64,000 nt of DNA from Bacteroidales bacterium. GTDB lineage: Bacteria > Bacteroidota > Bacteroidia > Bacteroidales > UBA932. Location: the NCBI GenBank assembly GCA_017445425.1, contig JAFSUF010000029.1, positions 1,926 to 65,925 on the forward strand, read 5' to 3'. The translations under genes were made by a program, and so were the position numbers. The notes beneath the pieces were generated by a model. That model did not search any database. It saw only the letters and a program-made list of their open reading frames with translations, and was not told where the DNA came from. Shown piece after piece: positions 1 to 9,885 of this stretch (position 1 is the stretch's first letter; each line of letters starts with the position of its first letter).

Positions 1-387
1 GTGGCTAACGTAAAACTTGGCGGCAAATGGAGAATGCCGACAGTCAGTGAGGTTAACGAATTGATTTCCACAAAGGACAAAGCAAGTTACCAGTGGGAGT
101 GGAAGTCTCTAAGCGGCCATAATGGGTGGCTGGTTACTTATCTTGCGAACAACAATTCCATCTTCCTCCCTGCAGCTGGCATTCGGGGAGATAACAATGT
201 CTACCAGGTTGGTTCTATTGGAGGTTGCTGGTCTTCTTCTTTTTACAATCCTGACGACTATGATTCTCCTTACCAACTTGCCCCATATGAAGTATGTACA
301 CTGGCCTTCGGCTCTGATTATGTAATGATGGACAGACCTGGTTGCATGCGTTACTACGGGATCCCTGTCCGCCCCGTCTCAGAATAA
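1..387 (+). CDS. 3' end of a gene for an exported protein; C-terminal domain of the Bacteroidales WRMPT/FLPAAG/WSS/VRPV type (FISUMP- or DUF1566-like)
   Basis: ORF is open from the window edge. Motifs KWRMPT, SIFLPAAG, GGCWSSS and GIPVRPV are readable in the translation. The GTG at nt 1 is probably internal, not the true start. Confidence 0.5.
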   Translation: MANVKLGGKWRMPTVSEVNELISTKDKASYQWEWKSLSGHNGWLVTYLANNNSIFLPAAGIRGDNNVYQVGSIGGCWSSSFYNPDDYDSPYQLAPYEVCTLAFGSDYVMMDRPGCMRYYGIPVRPVSE

Positions 388-425
388 GGGGTATTCCATA
401 TTATAAATTCAACTTTTCTGATAAC

Positions 426-1328
426 ATGAAATCGTTTCACTCTACTCTTTTTGTAAGCCTTTTGCTTGCATTGAGTTCTTGCGTAGAACCTGTTCCCGGT
501 TCCGACGAAGGGGGGAGCGACACCGATAATCCTGCGGCTTATTCAAAACGTCCGGTAAGGAAAGTATATTGTAAAAACGGAGATTTCTCGAGCGCAGAGC
601 TCTCCTATGACAAAAGCGGCAGACTCACAGAAGTCAGATTGGAAGGCGGAGAGATTAACGGCAACGCTGTCTTAAAAGCACATTATGGCTCTGATGTCAG
701 GCAAATCTATTTCTATCTCGACGGGAGCAGTGATATCATGGAGTTTCTCTACGAGAAGGGAAAAATTGTCAAGATGGACTATAATGACGATGATGAATAC
801 TATTCGTTTGTGTATGACAAGCAGGGGCATCTATCCTATTTGAATCTCAACGACTATGACGACCTGGATCATTACACATGGCTGGGCAATGATTTGGTTA
901 AACTTGGTTCTGATTATAGCGTCGTGCCCTCGTCTTATTATGACTACGATTATTTGTCTTCGCTGCTAAACATGGCGAGCGGGTACAATACCATGATATA
1001 CTTTGTGTCCATGGTAACCGACGGCGCATTTCCTCCTGTGAGCGAACATTTGCCCGAAGCTAGTAACGGTCTCAGATTTGAATATACCCTCCTGCCGGAT
1101 GGTCATGTGCGTGAGATGAAATGGTACAGGGAAGGAAAGAATGATCTCGTCTTTGCAATTAAACTCTACTTCACGGACGAACCGGAAGCCGACGACGTCG
1201 GGTACAACACTGTAGCCAAAGGTATCGGGTATGGAACTGTGCCGGAGGCCGTGAATCTGGGTCTCAGCGCCAAATGGGCCGGCTGCAACCCAGGGGCCTT
1301 CAGGTCGGGGGACAATAGCGGGAATTAA
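426..1328 (+). CDS. putative lipoprotein of unknown function; C-terminus carries only the first ~17 residues of the domain seen in the upstream gene
   Basis: Internal ATG of ORF 342..1328 gives MKSFHSTLFVSLLLALSSC (signal peptide plus lipobox Cys). The protein ends AVNLGLSAKWAGCNPGA then stops. Confidence 0.6.
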   Translation: MKSFHSTLFVSLLLALSSCVEPVPGSDEGGSDTDNPAAYSKRPVRKVYCKNGDFSSAELSYDKSGRLTEVRLEGGEINGNAVLKAHYGSDVRQIYFYLDGSSDIMEFLYEKGKIVKMDYNDDDEYYSFVYDKQGHLSYLNLNDYDDLDHYTWLGNDLVKLGSDYSVVPSSYYDYDYLSSLLNMASGYNTMIYFVSMVTDGAFPPVSEHLPEASNGLRFEYTLLPDGHVREMKWYREGKNDLVFAIKLYFTDEPEADDVGYNTVAKGIGYGTVPEAVNLGLSAKWAGCNPGAFRSGDNSGN

Positions 1329-1347
1329 TTATTTAAATGAAATACTT

Positions 1348-1935
1348 ATGACCCCAAAAAGAAGTCTTTGGCGTTTGATGCCCCTTATGATGGCGGCAAT
1401 AGCGATTATTGGCTTGTCGTCGTGCCAGAAACTGACGGGTGGCGGCATGATCGGCTGGTACACCGACTTGAGCAAGGTTGCGAAGCAATCCGACTTCAAC
1501 GTCATCAACGAGGCTATCGACAGTAAAGAAGTGTTGTCTTCTTATCGCACCGGAAAGTATATTGCATCCTACGACCTGTTTATTGGAAGTGACGGGCAGT
1601 ACAACGATTCGGCTGCATCATTCGGACGGTTACGCTTTACCATTCCGACTGTAATCAACACCATCCGGATTGTCGACAGCAATACCCTCATTTTCTATGT
1701 TGGGTATCTCTATGTAGATGGCAGAGGTTATGGAGACGCAGTTTACAAACTCTATGCAGGACGCATCTTTGGCAACATGGCATATTATGGCTCCCCCTCA
1801 TACTATACTTATGCAAAGGCCGACAACAAGATTCTCGTCTCCAACGGCGATATTTACACCATTGTTGACGGAGGCCTGATTAAGGACGGCGGTTCTTCCC
1901 GCCTGAGCAAGTATGACCCGACCCAGAGACATTAA
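1348..1935 (+). CDS. putative lipoprotein, unknown function
   Basis: The 195-aa ORF starts MTPKRSLWRLMPLMMAAIAIIGLSSC (lipobox). It lies 20 nt after the previous gene on the same strand. Confidence 0.6.
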   Translation: MTPKRSLWRLMPLMMAAIAIIGLSSCQKLTGGGMIGWYTDLSKVAKQSDFNVINEAIDSKEVLSSYRTGKYIASYDLFIGSDGQYNDSAASFGRLRFTIPTVINTIRIVDSNTLIFYVGYLYVDGRGYGDAVYKLYAGRIFGNMAYYGSPSYYTYAKADNKILVSNGDIYTIVDGGLIKDGGSSRLSKYDPTQRH

Positions 1936-1966
1936 TCAACGGCGTACCCTTTAATCAGATTGGAGT

Positions 1967-1997
1967 GGTGTGTGCATTTTTTGCACATACCACTTTT
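1967..1997 (+). terminator. putative intrinsic terminator after the lipoprotein gene
   Basis: GGTGTGTGC / GCACATACC stem (one G-U pair), 7-nt loop, then ACTTTT. It starts about 30 nt after the stop at 1935. Confidence 0.4.
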
Positions 1998-2370
1998 GCA
2001 TCAAATTCGCTATCGCGACCGACCGAAATCGTCGTCTTATCTTCATGACTGCGGCCTTACCGGCAAAACTCGAGCGCGGGGACGTTTTTGTATATACCTG
2101 TAAGTCAATTATTTATCATTATAATGGTTGCTCTCGCCCTTCTCCAGACCGGGCGAGAGCGAGTATTCCTATTCTAATATATTGTCCTTCAGCTTTTTAC
2201 AAATAACCAATCCGCGCTCGCCTACCTGCAAACTCTCGCAGGCTGCTCAAGTATGACGGAACACATCAGCGAAGGCTTCTGCCAAAGGTATTCACATAGA
2301 GCAGATTCTGGGCAATTACAGCAACTACGCCCACGAGAAGTAACCATTAGGATAATTCTAAGATAAAAAA

Positions 2371-2700
2371 GGTGAGGCTGTAAGCCGGGTTCCGTAAGCG
2401 CCTTGCGGCGCCCCTCTGTCATTTATCTTTCGCAGCCTACCCCCCGGCAAAGGGCGGGCAGCCCTTATGTGCCGGTATATTTGGCCTTGCAGCGCGCGGG
2501 CGCGTACCGGAAGTGCGTCGCCGCACATCCCCGTGGGCTCTTACCCCACATTTTCACCCTTGGTCCGCCGTGGCGGGCCGGTTGTTTTCTGCTACGCGCG
2601 ACATAAGCTTACGCCCATCTGTGCTTTCCACAGCGCGCCGCCCTGTGCTGTCCGGACTTTCCTGAGATGCCATAATGCATCCCCGACAGAGCGCCTCACC
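2371..2700 (-). ncRNA. rnpB: RNase P RNA, bacterial type A
   Basis: The reverse complement contains AGGAAAGTCCGGAC (P4 5' strand) and ACGGAACCCGGCTTACAG (P4 3' strand), plus GGTAAGAGCCCAC. The ends pair as P1 (GGTGAGGC...GCCTCACC) followed by TTTTTT. Only short overlapping shadow ORFs cover the region. Confidence 0.85.
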
Positions 2701-2751
2701 TGAAGGGACCGCAAAGGTATAAATAATTTGACAGACAAAAAACGACGGGCG

Positions 2752-3321
2752 CTAGGCCTCATCGTCATAAATGAAATTCTCCGGATGCTTTGCCGCCACC
2801 CCAAGTGACTTGTAGTGCCTCTGCAGCCGAAGGGTATCTTCCCTCATATCGTCGGTAAGCGGGAACACCTCGCCAAAGCTTATATACTTCTCCTTCCAGT
2901 TGATGTATCCGGCATAAACCGGCACCCCGGCCTTTGCGGCAATTATGTGATAACCCGTTTTCCATCTCTTCACAGGTTTGCGGGTTCCTTCCGGTGCGAG
3001 ACCGATGAGTATCGTGTCGTACGTATTGAAAGCCTCCACCATCTGCATTATGGCGCTGGCGCCGCCAGTACCTGTCTTTCTGAGCGGAATTGCCCCCCAC
3101 TTGCGGATAACCGGCCCCACGGGCCAGAAGAAGAAACTCTCCTTGACCAGGATGTGCATCGGCGCATCGTTTGAGCGGGCGTAGAGAAAAGAGATTACAA
3201 AATCCCAGATGCTGGTGTGGGGCACACCCAGCACCAGGGCTTTCTTTGCCGCAGGGAATGCGGGGTCGGGCTTCCAGCCCAGAATCCGAGTAAGTATAAA
3301 TCTTGCCGTTGAAGGTTTCAT
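2752..3321 (-). CDS. lysophospholipid (1-acyl-sn-glycerol-3-phosphate type) acyltransferase family protein
   Basis: 189 aa with an HX4D-type block PHTSIWD and an APEGTR block. Confidence 0.7.
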   Translation of the reverse strand: MKPSTARFILTRILGWKPDPAFPAAKKALVLGVPHTSIWDFVISFLYARSNDAPMHILVKESFFFWPVGPVIRKWGAIPLRKTGTGGASAIMQMVEAFNTYDTILIGLAPEGTRKPVKRWKTGYHIIAAKAGVPVYAGYINWKEKYISFGEVFPLTDDMREDTLRLQRHYKSLGVAAKHPENFIYDDEA

Positions 3322-3324
3322 TGC

Positions 3325-5193
3325 CTACTGTGCCTCCTCCACATTGTCTATGTCGCTGCGCAGATTGTCGCGGATAAAATCCAGACGGATATTGTCGTTC
3401 TCGCCCATATAGAACTCCAGCAGGTCTGCCACCGGATCGTCACCCGACAGATGGACCTTTTCCAGACGGATATCCTTCCCTATGAACCCCTTGAACTCCT
3501 CCGGCGATATCTCTCCGAGACCTTTGAACCGGGTCACGGTGGAGTTCTTCATCTTGCCGGTGGCGGCATCCTTCTCCGCAGTGTTGTAGCAGTACACGTT
3601 GTGGGTCTTGTCCGCCACCCTGAAGAGAGGAGTCTGCAGGATATACAGGTGCCCCTGACGGATTAGTTCCGGGTAGAACTTAAGGAAGAAGGTGAGCAGC
3701 AGCAGCCGGATGTGCATACCGTCCATATCGGCATCGGTAGCTATCACCACATAGTTGTAGCGGAGGTTGTCCAGGTCTTCGTCTATATTGAGCGCAGCCT
3801 GCAGCAGCGAGAGTTCTTCGTTCTCATAGACATCCTTCTTGGTGGCCTTGTGGCTGTTGAGCGGCTTGCCCTTGAGGCTGAATACCGCCTGGGTGTTAGT
3901 ATCGCGGATCTTCTTGATGGAACCGCTCGCACTGTCGCCCTCGGTGATGAAAATCATCGTGGCGTCGCGCTCGGCATTCTTGTCGTTGTAGTGTATCTTG
4001 CAGTCGGAGAGCTTCTTGTTGTTGAGGGAGGCCTTTTTAAGGCGCTCCTTTGTCTCTTTGCGCAAACCCTGAATAGCTTTGCGGTCCTTCTCTGAAGACA
4101 GGATCTTTGCCAGCAGGATATCGGCCACATCCTTGTGCTGATGGAGGTAGTTGTCCAGTTCGAGGCTGATAAAGTCGCCCACGAACTTCTGCATGGTGAG
4201 CCCCTCCTTGTTCACCACCTTGCTGCCCAGCTGAACCTTTGTCTGGGCCTCGAATTCGGGCTCGTCCATGCTGATGGCGATGGCCCCGACTATCGACTGA
4301 CGGGCGTCGGCCGGGGTGAAATCTTTCTTGTAGAAATCCTTGAGTGTCTTGCCTATGGCCTCGCGGAAGGCCGCCACGTGGGTACCGCCCAGGATAGTGT
4401 TCTGGCCGTTGACGAAAGAAGAGATGTTCTCCCCGTACTTGTTGCCGTGGGTCATCACTATCTCTATATCTTCTCCTGTCAGGTGGATCGGGGGATAGAG
4501 CGGCTCTTCGTCTATGTTGTCGTTGAGCAGGTCCAGCAGACCCTCGGAGGATTTATATGCGGTCTTGTTGTAGTTGAGGGTGAGGCCGGTATTGAGATAG
4601 GCGTAGTTTTTCACCATCTCCACGATATACTCCTCGTTGAAATTGTATCCCGGGAATATCTCATCGTCAGGAGTGAAAACCACCATGGTACCGTTGCGCT
4701 CCGAGGTCGGCTCCTCACCCTGGCCGGTGATTTCACCCTTGGAGAAGGTGGCCCATTTGGTGGCGCCGTCGCGGAACGACTGAACCTTGAAGAATGATGA
4801 GAGGGCGTTCACCGCCTTAAGGCCGACGCCGTTCAAACCGACGCTCTGCTTGTAGGTCTTGTTATTGTATTTACCGCCGCTGTTCAGCCGGCTCACAGCC
4901 ATAATCATGGCTCCGAAGGGGATGCCGCGGCCCCAGTCGCGCACGGTAACGGTCTTATCTTCCAGTGTTATGTCTATGCGCTTGCCGCTGCCGCTGCGGA
5001 ACTCGTCCACGGAGTTGTCTATCACCTCCTTGGTGAGCACGTAGATACCGTCGGTGGAGTCGCTGCCGTCGCCCCTGCGGCCAATGTACATTGACAGCCG
5101 CTGGCGGATATGCTGGACATCTTCAAGATGTATGATGCTGCCCTCGTCGTATTCGTACTGGGGTATGTTCAGATTGCCTGTTTCTTCACTCAT
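3325..5193 (-). CDS. parE: type IIA DNA topoisomerase subunit B, topoisomerase IV ParE-like
   Basis: 622 aa. GHKL ATPase N-terminus, GLNGVGLKAVNALS, Toprim ITEGDSASGS and DADMDGMHI. The length and N-terminus fit Bacteroidota ParE rather than GyrB. Confidence 0.8.
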   Translation of the reverse strand: MSEETGNLNIPQYEYDEGSIIHLEDVQHIRQRLSMYIGRRGDGSDSTDGIYVLTKEVIDNSVDEFRSGSGKRIDITLEDKTVTVRDWGRGIPFGAMIMAVSRLNSGGKYNNKTYKQSVGLNGVGLKAVNALSSFFKVQSFRDGATKWATFSKGEITGQGEEPTSERNGTMVVFTPDDEIFPGYNFNEEYIVEMVKNYAYLNTGLTLNYNKTAYKSSEGLLDLLNDNIDEEPLYPPIHLTGEDIEIVMTHGNKYGENISSFVNGQNTILGGTHVAAFREAIGKTLKDFYKKDFTPADARQSIVGAIAISMDEPEFEAQTKVQLGSKVVNKEGLTMQKFVGDFISLELDNYLHQHKDVADILLAKILSSEKDRKAIQGLRKETKERLKKASLNNKKLSDCKIHYNDKNAERDATMIFITEGDSASGSIKKIRDTNTQAVFSLKGKPLNSHKATKKDVYENEELSLLQAALNIDEDLDNLRYNYVVIATDADMDGMHIRLLLLTFFLKFYPELIRQGHLYILQTPLFRVADKTHNVYCYNTAEKDAATGKMKNSTVTRFKGLGEISPEEFKGFIGKDIRLEKVHLSGDDPVADLLEFYMGENDNIRLDFIRDNLRSDIDNVEEAQ

Positions 5194-5205
5194 CTGGTCT
5201 CTCTC

Positions 5206-6519
5206 CTATTTCTGTCTGATAAAAATCTGCAGCGGACATCCCTGGAAATCAAAATGTTCGCGCAGCTTGTTCTCCAAAAAGCGCTTGTACGGGTCGCGGA
5301 TATACTGCGGGAGGTTGCAGAAAAATGCGAACGCCGGAAAGGCGGTGGGGAGCTGTGTGATATACTTGATCTTGATGTATTTCCCCTTCCATGCCGGCGG
5401 CGGATAGTTCTCTATCTCTGGCAGCAAAGCCTCATTCAGCACGGAGGTGGATATCCTGCGGGAGTAATTGTCATATACGTGCTGGGCGGCATCCAGGACA
5501 TCCAGGATGCGCTGTTTTTTCAGCACCGATGTAAAAATGATGGGAATATCATTATATGGCTGCAGACGCCTCTGGATTGCCTCGCGATATTCTTTCATGG
5601 TGTTGTTGTCCTTTACCACCGTATCCCATTTGTTCACCACCAGCACGCACCCCTTGCGGTTGCGGTTGATGATGTTGAAGATTGACATATCCTGCGCCTC
5701 GATCCCTTGCGAAGCATCCACCATCAGTATGCATACATCAGAGTTCTCTATCGCCCGGATGGCACGCATCACAGAATAGAACTCGAGGTCCTCGGTAACC
5801 TTGCTCTTCTTGCGCAGGCCGGCGGTGTCCACCAGCATGAATTCGTGTCCGAATTTGTTATAGTGGGTCGATATTGCATCGCGGGTGGTGCCTGCTACCG
5901 GAGTCACAATGTTGCGGTCCTCTCCAAGAAGGGCGTTGGTGAGCGATGACTTGCCCACGTTGGGCTTGCCCACCACGGCTATATGCGGCAGCCTGGGACC
6001 CTCTTCCTCTGCCACCTTGCTGTCGGAGGGGAGTTTCTCCAGCACGGCATCCAGCAAATCGCCGGTACCGCTCCCCGTAGCAGATGATATCGAGAAGGGT
6101 TCGCCAAGTCCAAGGGCGTTGAATTCATAGACTCCGTATTGCTTCTCGCTGGTGTCCACCTTGTTCACCGCCAGCACCACCGGCTTTCCGCTGCGGCGGA
6201 GTATATCGGCAATCTCGGCGTCGAAATCGGTGATGCCGGTGGCCACCTCAACCATAAAGATCACCAGGTCACTCTCCTCTATTGCAATCATCACCTGACT
6301 GCGGATTGCGCTCTCAAAGACATCGTCGCTGTTTACCGTAAATCCGCCGGTATCCACCACGCTGAATTCGTGGCCGCTCCACTCGCACTTGCCGTAGTGG
6401 CGGTCTCGCGTCACACCCGATACATTGTCTACAATGGCCTGGCGCATACCCACCAGGCGGTTGAAGAGGGTCGATTTGCCCACGTTGGGCCTTCCTACTA
6501 TAGCAACTAAGTTATTCAT
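5206..6519 (-). CDS. der: ribosome-associated GTPase Der/EngA
   Basis: Two tandem G domains (GRPNVGKST and [10 protein letters not shown]-loops) plus a KH-like C-terminus. Confidence 0.9.
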   Translation of the reverse strand: MNNLVAIVGRPNVGKSTLFNRLVGMRQAIVDNVSGVTRDRHYGKCEWSGHEFSVVDTGGFTVNSDDVFESAIRSQVMIAIEESDLVIFMVEVATGITDFDAEIADILRRSGKPVVLAVNKVDTSEKQYGVYEFNALGLGEPFSISSATGSGTGDLLDAVLEKLPSDSKVAEEEGPRLPHIAVVGKPNVGKSSLTNALLGEDRNIVTPVAGTTRDAISTHYNKFGHEFMLVDTAGLRKKSKVTEDLEFYSVMRAIRAIENSDVCILMVDASQGIEAQDMSIFNIINRNRKGCVLVVNKWDTVVKDNNTMKEYREAIQRRLQPYNDIPIIFTSVLKKQRILDVLDAAQHVYDNYSRRISTSVLNEALLPEIENYPPPAWKGKYIKIKYITQLPTAFPAFAFFCNLPQYIRDPYKRFLENKLREHFDFQGCPLQIFIRQK

Positions 6520-6525
6520 AATACT

Positions 6526-7686
6526 TTAGAATGCCGGGTTAGCATACATTACCACATCATCTTTAGTGATGGTGTCACCGGAGAGGATCAACAGCCTCTC
6601 CACCACATTGCGCAGCTCGCGGATATTGCCGGTCCAGGACTTTTTCTGCAGCTCCTTGTAGGCGCCAGGCTCGACCTTGCGGCGGAGCATACCGCTCTCG
6701 GAGCATATCTGCTCGATGAAATAATCCACCAGCAGGGGGATGTCATCAATACGTTCGCTCAGGGCGGGCACGTGGATAAGTATCACGCTCAGGCGGTGAT
6801 ACAGGTCTTCGCGGAAATTACCCTTAGCAATCTCGTCTATCAGGTTCTTGTTGGTTGCCGCAATTACGCGGACATTTACCTCGATATCTTTGTCGCTACC
6901 GACACGGTTTAACTTCTTCTCCTGCAGCACCCGGAGCACCTTTGCCTGCGCCGCAAGGCTCATGTCGCCTATCTCGTCCAGGAAGAGGGTACCGCCGTCG
7001 GCCTGCTCAAACTTCCCCTTGTGCTGCTTGATGGCGGAGGTGAATGAACCCTTCTCATGCCCAAAAAGCTCGCTCTCTATAAGTTCTCCGGGAATCGCGG
7101 CGCAATTGACCTCAATGAAGGGGGCGCCGGCGCGGTTGCTCTGCTGATGCAGGTTGTGCGCCACCAGCTCCTTGCCGGTACCGTTGCTCCCGGTGATGAG
7201 TACGCGGGCATCGGTGGGCGCTACCCGGGCGATGACTTCCCGCACATGCTTGATTGCCTTCGACTCGCCCACAATCTTGTATCGGGAGTTGCTCTTCTTG
7301 CGCAGGATGCGGGTCTCCTTCACCAACGACGATTTATCTGTAGCATTCTTGAGGGTTATGAGTATCCTGTTCAGGTCCAGCGGCTTCTGGATAAAGTCGT
7401 AGGCCCCGTTCTTTATGCAGTTCACCGCGGTCTCTATGTCGCCGTGGCCTGAAATCATGATTATGGATGATTCGCACCCCTCCTCCACCAGTTTCCTGAG
7501 CACCTCTTCGCCATCCATCTCGGGCATCTTTATGTCGCAGAATATAGCGTCAAAGTTGCCCGCCATTGCGGCTTCAAAGCCCGCCTTGCCGTCTTCTGCC
7601 ACAGAAACGGAGTGCCCCTCGTATTCCAGGATTTCTTTGAGGGTGTTGCGGATCGCCCTCTCGTCGTCGATAACAAGTACTTTCAT
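6526..7686 (-). CDS. sigma-54-dependent response regulator (receiver + AAA+), apparently without a C-terminal HTH
   Basis: Internal start MKVLVIDDERAIRN (receiver domain). AAA+ Walker A GSNGTGKE and a GAFTGA-like GSFTSA. The protein ends about 20 aa after RELRNVVERL. The longer ORF to 8475 overlaps cmk and is rejected. Confidence 0.8.
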   Translation of the reverse strand: MKVLVIDDERAIRNTLKEILEYEGHSVSVAEDGKAGFEAAMAGNFDAIFCDIKMPEMDGEEVLRKLVEEGCESSIIMISGHGDIETAVNCIKNGAYDFIQKPLDLNRILITLKNATDKSSLVKETRILRKKSNSRYKIVGESKAIKHVREVIARVAPTDARVLITGSNGTGKELVAHNLHQQSNRAGAPFIEVNCAAIPGELIESELFGHEKGSFTSAIKQHKGKFEQADGGTLFLDEIGDMSLAAQAKVLRVLQEKKLNRVGSDKDIEVNVRVIAATNKNLIDEIAKGNFREDLYHRLSVILIHVPALSERIDDIPLLVDYFIEQICSESGMLRRKVEPGAYKELQKKSWTGNIRELRNVVERLLILSGDTITKDDVVMYANPAF

Positions 7687-7737
7687 GATTGCAAATGTAG
7701 TCTTTTTTTTGAGTATCTTTGTCAAAATTGACTCCGT

Positions 7738-8415
7738 ATGACACAACAGCCCAAAATCATAATAGCCATCGACGGCTACTCCTCCACCGGCAAAAGCTCG
7801 TTTGCAAAGCTTATTGCAGAGAGACTCGGCTATATCCATCTCGATTCCGGTGCCCTCTATCGCGCGGTGACTCTGTATGGCCTCCGCAAAGGCGCCATCG
7901 GCGGCGGCAAGATAGATGAAGCTGCCCTGGTGGCCCTCCTGCCGGGCCTGGAGGTTTCCCAACGCCCATATACATGCATTTTCGATGAGAACGTCGAGGG
8001 TCTCATCCGCCAGATGGAGGTGAGCAGTTACGTCAGCCCGGTGAGCGCAATAGCGGCTGTGCGCACTTTTGTGGACGACAACCTGCACAAGATGGCCAGC
8101 GGCGGCGGTGTGGTTATGGACGGCCGCGACATCGGCACAACCGTATTCCCCAATGCGGAGCTCAAGATTTTCATGCAGGCCGACGACCTGGTGCGGGCCA
8201 TGCGCCGCTACCGTGAGATGGATGACCCCGGCACCACTTTCATCGACGTGCTGCACAACTTGCGTGACCGCGACCAGCGAGACTCTTCCCGGGCGATCTC
8301 GCCCCTGCGCAAGGCAGAAGACGCCATAGTCCTGGACAACACCTGCATGACTATGGAAGATGAAATAGAGTGGCTGGTGAACCTTCTCAACGAAAAATAT
8401 GGCTTTTCGCTGTAG
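7738..8415 (+). CDS. cmk: cytidylate kinase
   Basis: 225 aa with P-loop IAIDGYSSTGKSS and overall CMP kinase layout. Confidence 0.85.
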   Translation: MTQQPKIIIAIDGYSSTGKSSFAKLIAERLGYIHLDSGALYRAVTLYGLRKGAIGGGKIDEAALVALLPGLEVSQRPYTCIFDENVEGLIRQMEVSSYVSPVSAIAAVRTFVDDNLHKMASGGGVVMDGRDIGTTVFPNAELKIFMQADDLVRAMRRYREMDDPGTTFIDVLHNLRDRDQRDSSRAISPLRKAEDAIVLDNTCMTMEDEIEWLVNLLNEKYGFSL

Positions 8416-9259
8416 CATCTGCGAAATCGACCCCGGTTCCGGCTTCTGCCACGGCGTAATGCGCGCCGTGAACAAGGCAGAGGAGTTCCTCTCCGGAGGC
8501 GGCAGGCTCTACTCCCTGGGCGCAATGGTGCACAATACAGAAGAGATTGAGCGTCTCGCCTCAAAAGGGCTGGAAACCATCGACATGGAGGGGATGAAGA
8601 GCCTCGATGCAGGGAGCACCGTGCTGATCCGTGCCCACGGTGAACCACCTGCCACATACTCGCTTGCCCGTTCGCTGGGCATCACCCTCATAGACTGCAC
8701 CTGCCCGGTGGTGCTCAAATTGCAACGAGACATCGCAGCCGCATTCAAACGCGTAACTGTATCGGGGGGCTCTGTAGTAATTTTTGGCAAACGGGACCAT
8801 GCCGAGGTCAACGGCCTGGTGGGCCAGACCGGCGGCAAGGCGGTAGTCATCGAGAATCTCTCCGAGATAGACCAGCTCGACTTCTCCCACCACATCGAAC
8901 TCTTCTCCCAGACCACACGGGACCCTGGCGAATACGAGGCTCTCAAAGCAGCCTGCCTCGAGCGCACCGCCGATATCACCATACACGACACCATCTGCGG
9001 CCAGGTGTGCAACCGCCACCAGAAACTGGCCGACTTTGCCGCAGGGCACGACGTGATACTGTTCGTAAGCGGGCGCGACTCTTCCAACGGCAAGGTGCTG
9101 TTCGAGCTTTGCCGCAAGCACAACCCACGTTCATACTGGGTAGATGCGCCCGATTCCGTACAGCCCGGTTGGCTTGCCGGTGCCGCCAGCGTCGGCATCA
9201 CCGGCGCCACCAGCACCCCCCGCTGGCAGCTGGAGGCGGTGGCGAATATGATTCGGTAG
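8399..9259 (+). CDS. ispH: 4-hydroxy-3-methylbut-2-enyl diphosphate reductase
   Basis: 286 aa. SGFCHGVMRAV N-terminus and conserved Cys positions typical of IspH/LytB. It overlaps the cmk stop by 17 nt. Confidence 0.8.
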   Translation: MAFRCSICEIDPGSGFCHGVMRAVNKAEEFLSGGGRLYSLGAMVHNTEEIERLASKGLETIDMEGMKSLDAGSTVLIRAHGEPPATYSLARSLGITLIDCTCPVVLKLQRDIAAAFKRVTVSGGSVVIFGKRDHAEVNGLVGQTGGKAVVIENLSEIDQLDFSHHIELFSQTTRDPGEYEALKAACLERTADITIHDTICGQVCNRHQKLADFAAGHDVILFVSGRDSSNGKVLFELCRKHNPRSYWVDAPDSVQPGWLAGAASVGITGATSTPRWQLEAVANMIR

Positions 9260-9260
9260 A

Positions 9261-9833
9261 TTATTCCTTTTCTGACATGGCTTTTTCAAAGCAGTGGCGG
9301 CAGAGGGGCTCGTAGGTCTGCTTTTCTCCCAGCTCTACCAACTTGTCGCTTGCAATAAGGCGGTGGGAAAAGTTTGCGGGATCGCCGCACCGTACGCAGA
9401 TGGCATGAACCTTGGTGACATATTCCGCCACCGCCATAAGGGCCGGCATTGGGCCGAAGGGCTTGCCCCGGAAGTCCATGTCCAATCCCGCCACAATCAC
9501 GCGGATACCGTTGCCGGCCAGCTGCTGCACCACATCCACGATACCTTCGTCAAAGAACTGGGCCTCATCTATCCCCACGACATCAACATTACCGGCCAGC
9601 AGCATGATGCTGGAGCTGGATTCTACAGGTGTGGACAGGATGCTGTTGCCCTGGTGCGACACCACCTCCGCTTCCGAGTAGCGGACATCTACGGCGGGCT
9701 TGAATATCTCCACGCGGAGATTGGCAAACTGGGCGCGGCGCAGGCGGCGGATCAGCTCCTCTGTCTTGCCGGAAAACATTGAACCGCAGATGACCTCTAT
9801 CCAGCCGGGAGTTTTTGCGTTCTCGATGAACAT
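9261..9833 (-). CDS. tdk: thymidine kinase
   Basis: Internal start [30 protein letters not shown] (P-loop). C-terminal zinc-ribbon cysteines CVRCG...CRHC. Confidence 0.9.
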   Translation of the reverse strand: MFIENAKTPGWIEVICGSMFSGKTEELIRRLRRAQFANLRVEIFKPAVDVRYSEAEVVSHQGNSILSTPVESSSSIMLLAGNVDVVGIDEAQFFDEGIVDVVQQLAGNGIRVIVAGLDMDFRGKPFGPMPALMAVAEYVTKVHAICVRCGDPANFSHRLIASDKLVELGEKQTYEPLCRHCFEKAMSEKE

Positions 9834-9885
9834 TGTCTTGGAAAATGAATATCTTTGTAGATGGTGAAACAAATATAGCATAAAA

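Noticed and set aside
1936-2370. ~430-nt gap beside rnpB, including ORF 1970..2206 and a 10-bp GCTCTCGCCC/GGGCGAGAGC hairpin near 2130-2160
   Set aside because: The ORF is Cys/Phe/Ile-rich with no start context or motifs. The hairpin lacks a T-run. I could not assign any RNA family by eye, so it is left unannotated.
2222-2422. 66-aa minus-strand ORF
   Set aside because: It overlaps the 3' third of RNase P RNA, and the conserved P4 sequence explains the region.
7687-8475. N-terminal 263-aa extension of the sigma-54 regulator ORF
   Set aside because: It overlaps cmk on the opposite strand and has no domain features. The receiver domain begins exactly at the internal MKVLVIDDE start.
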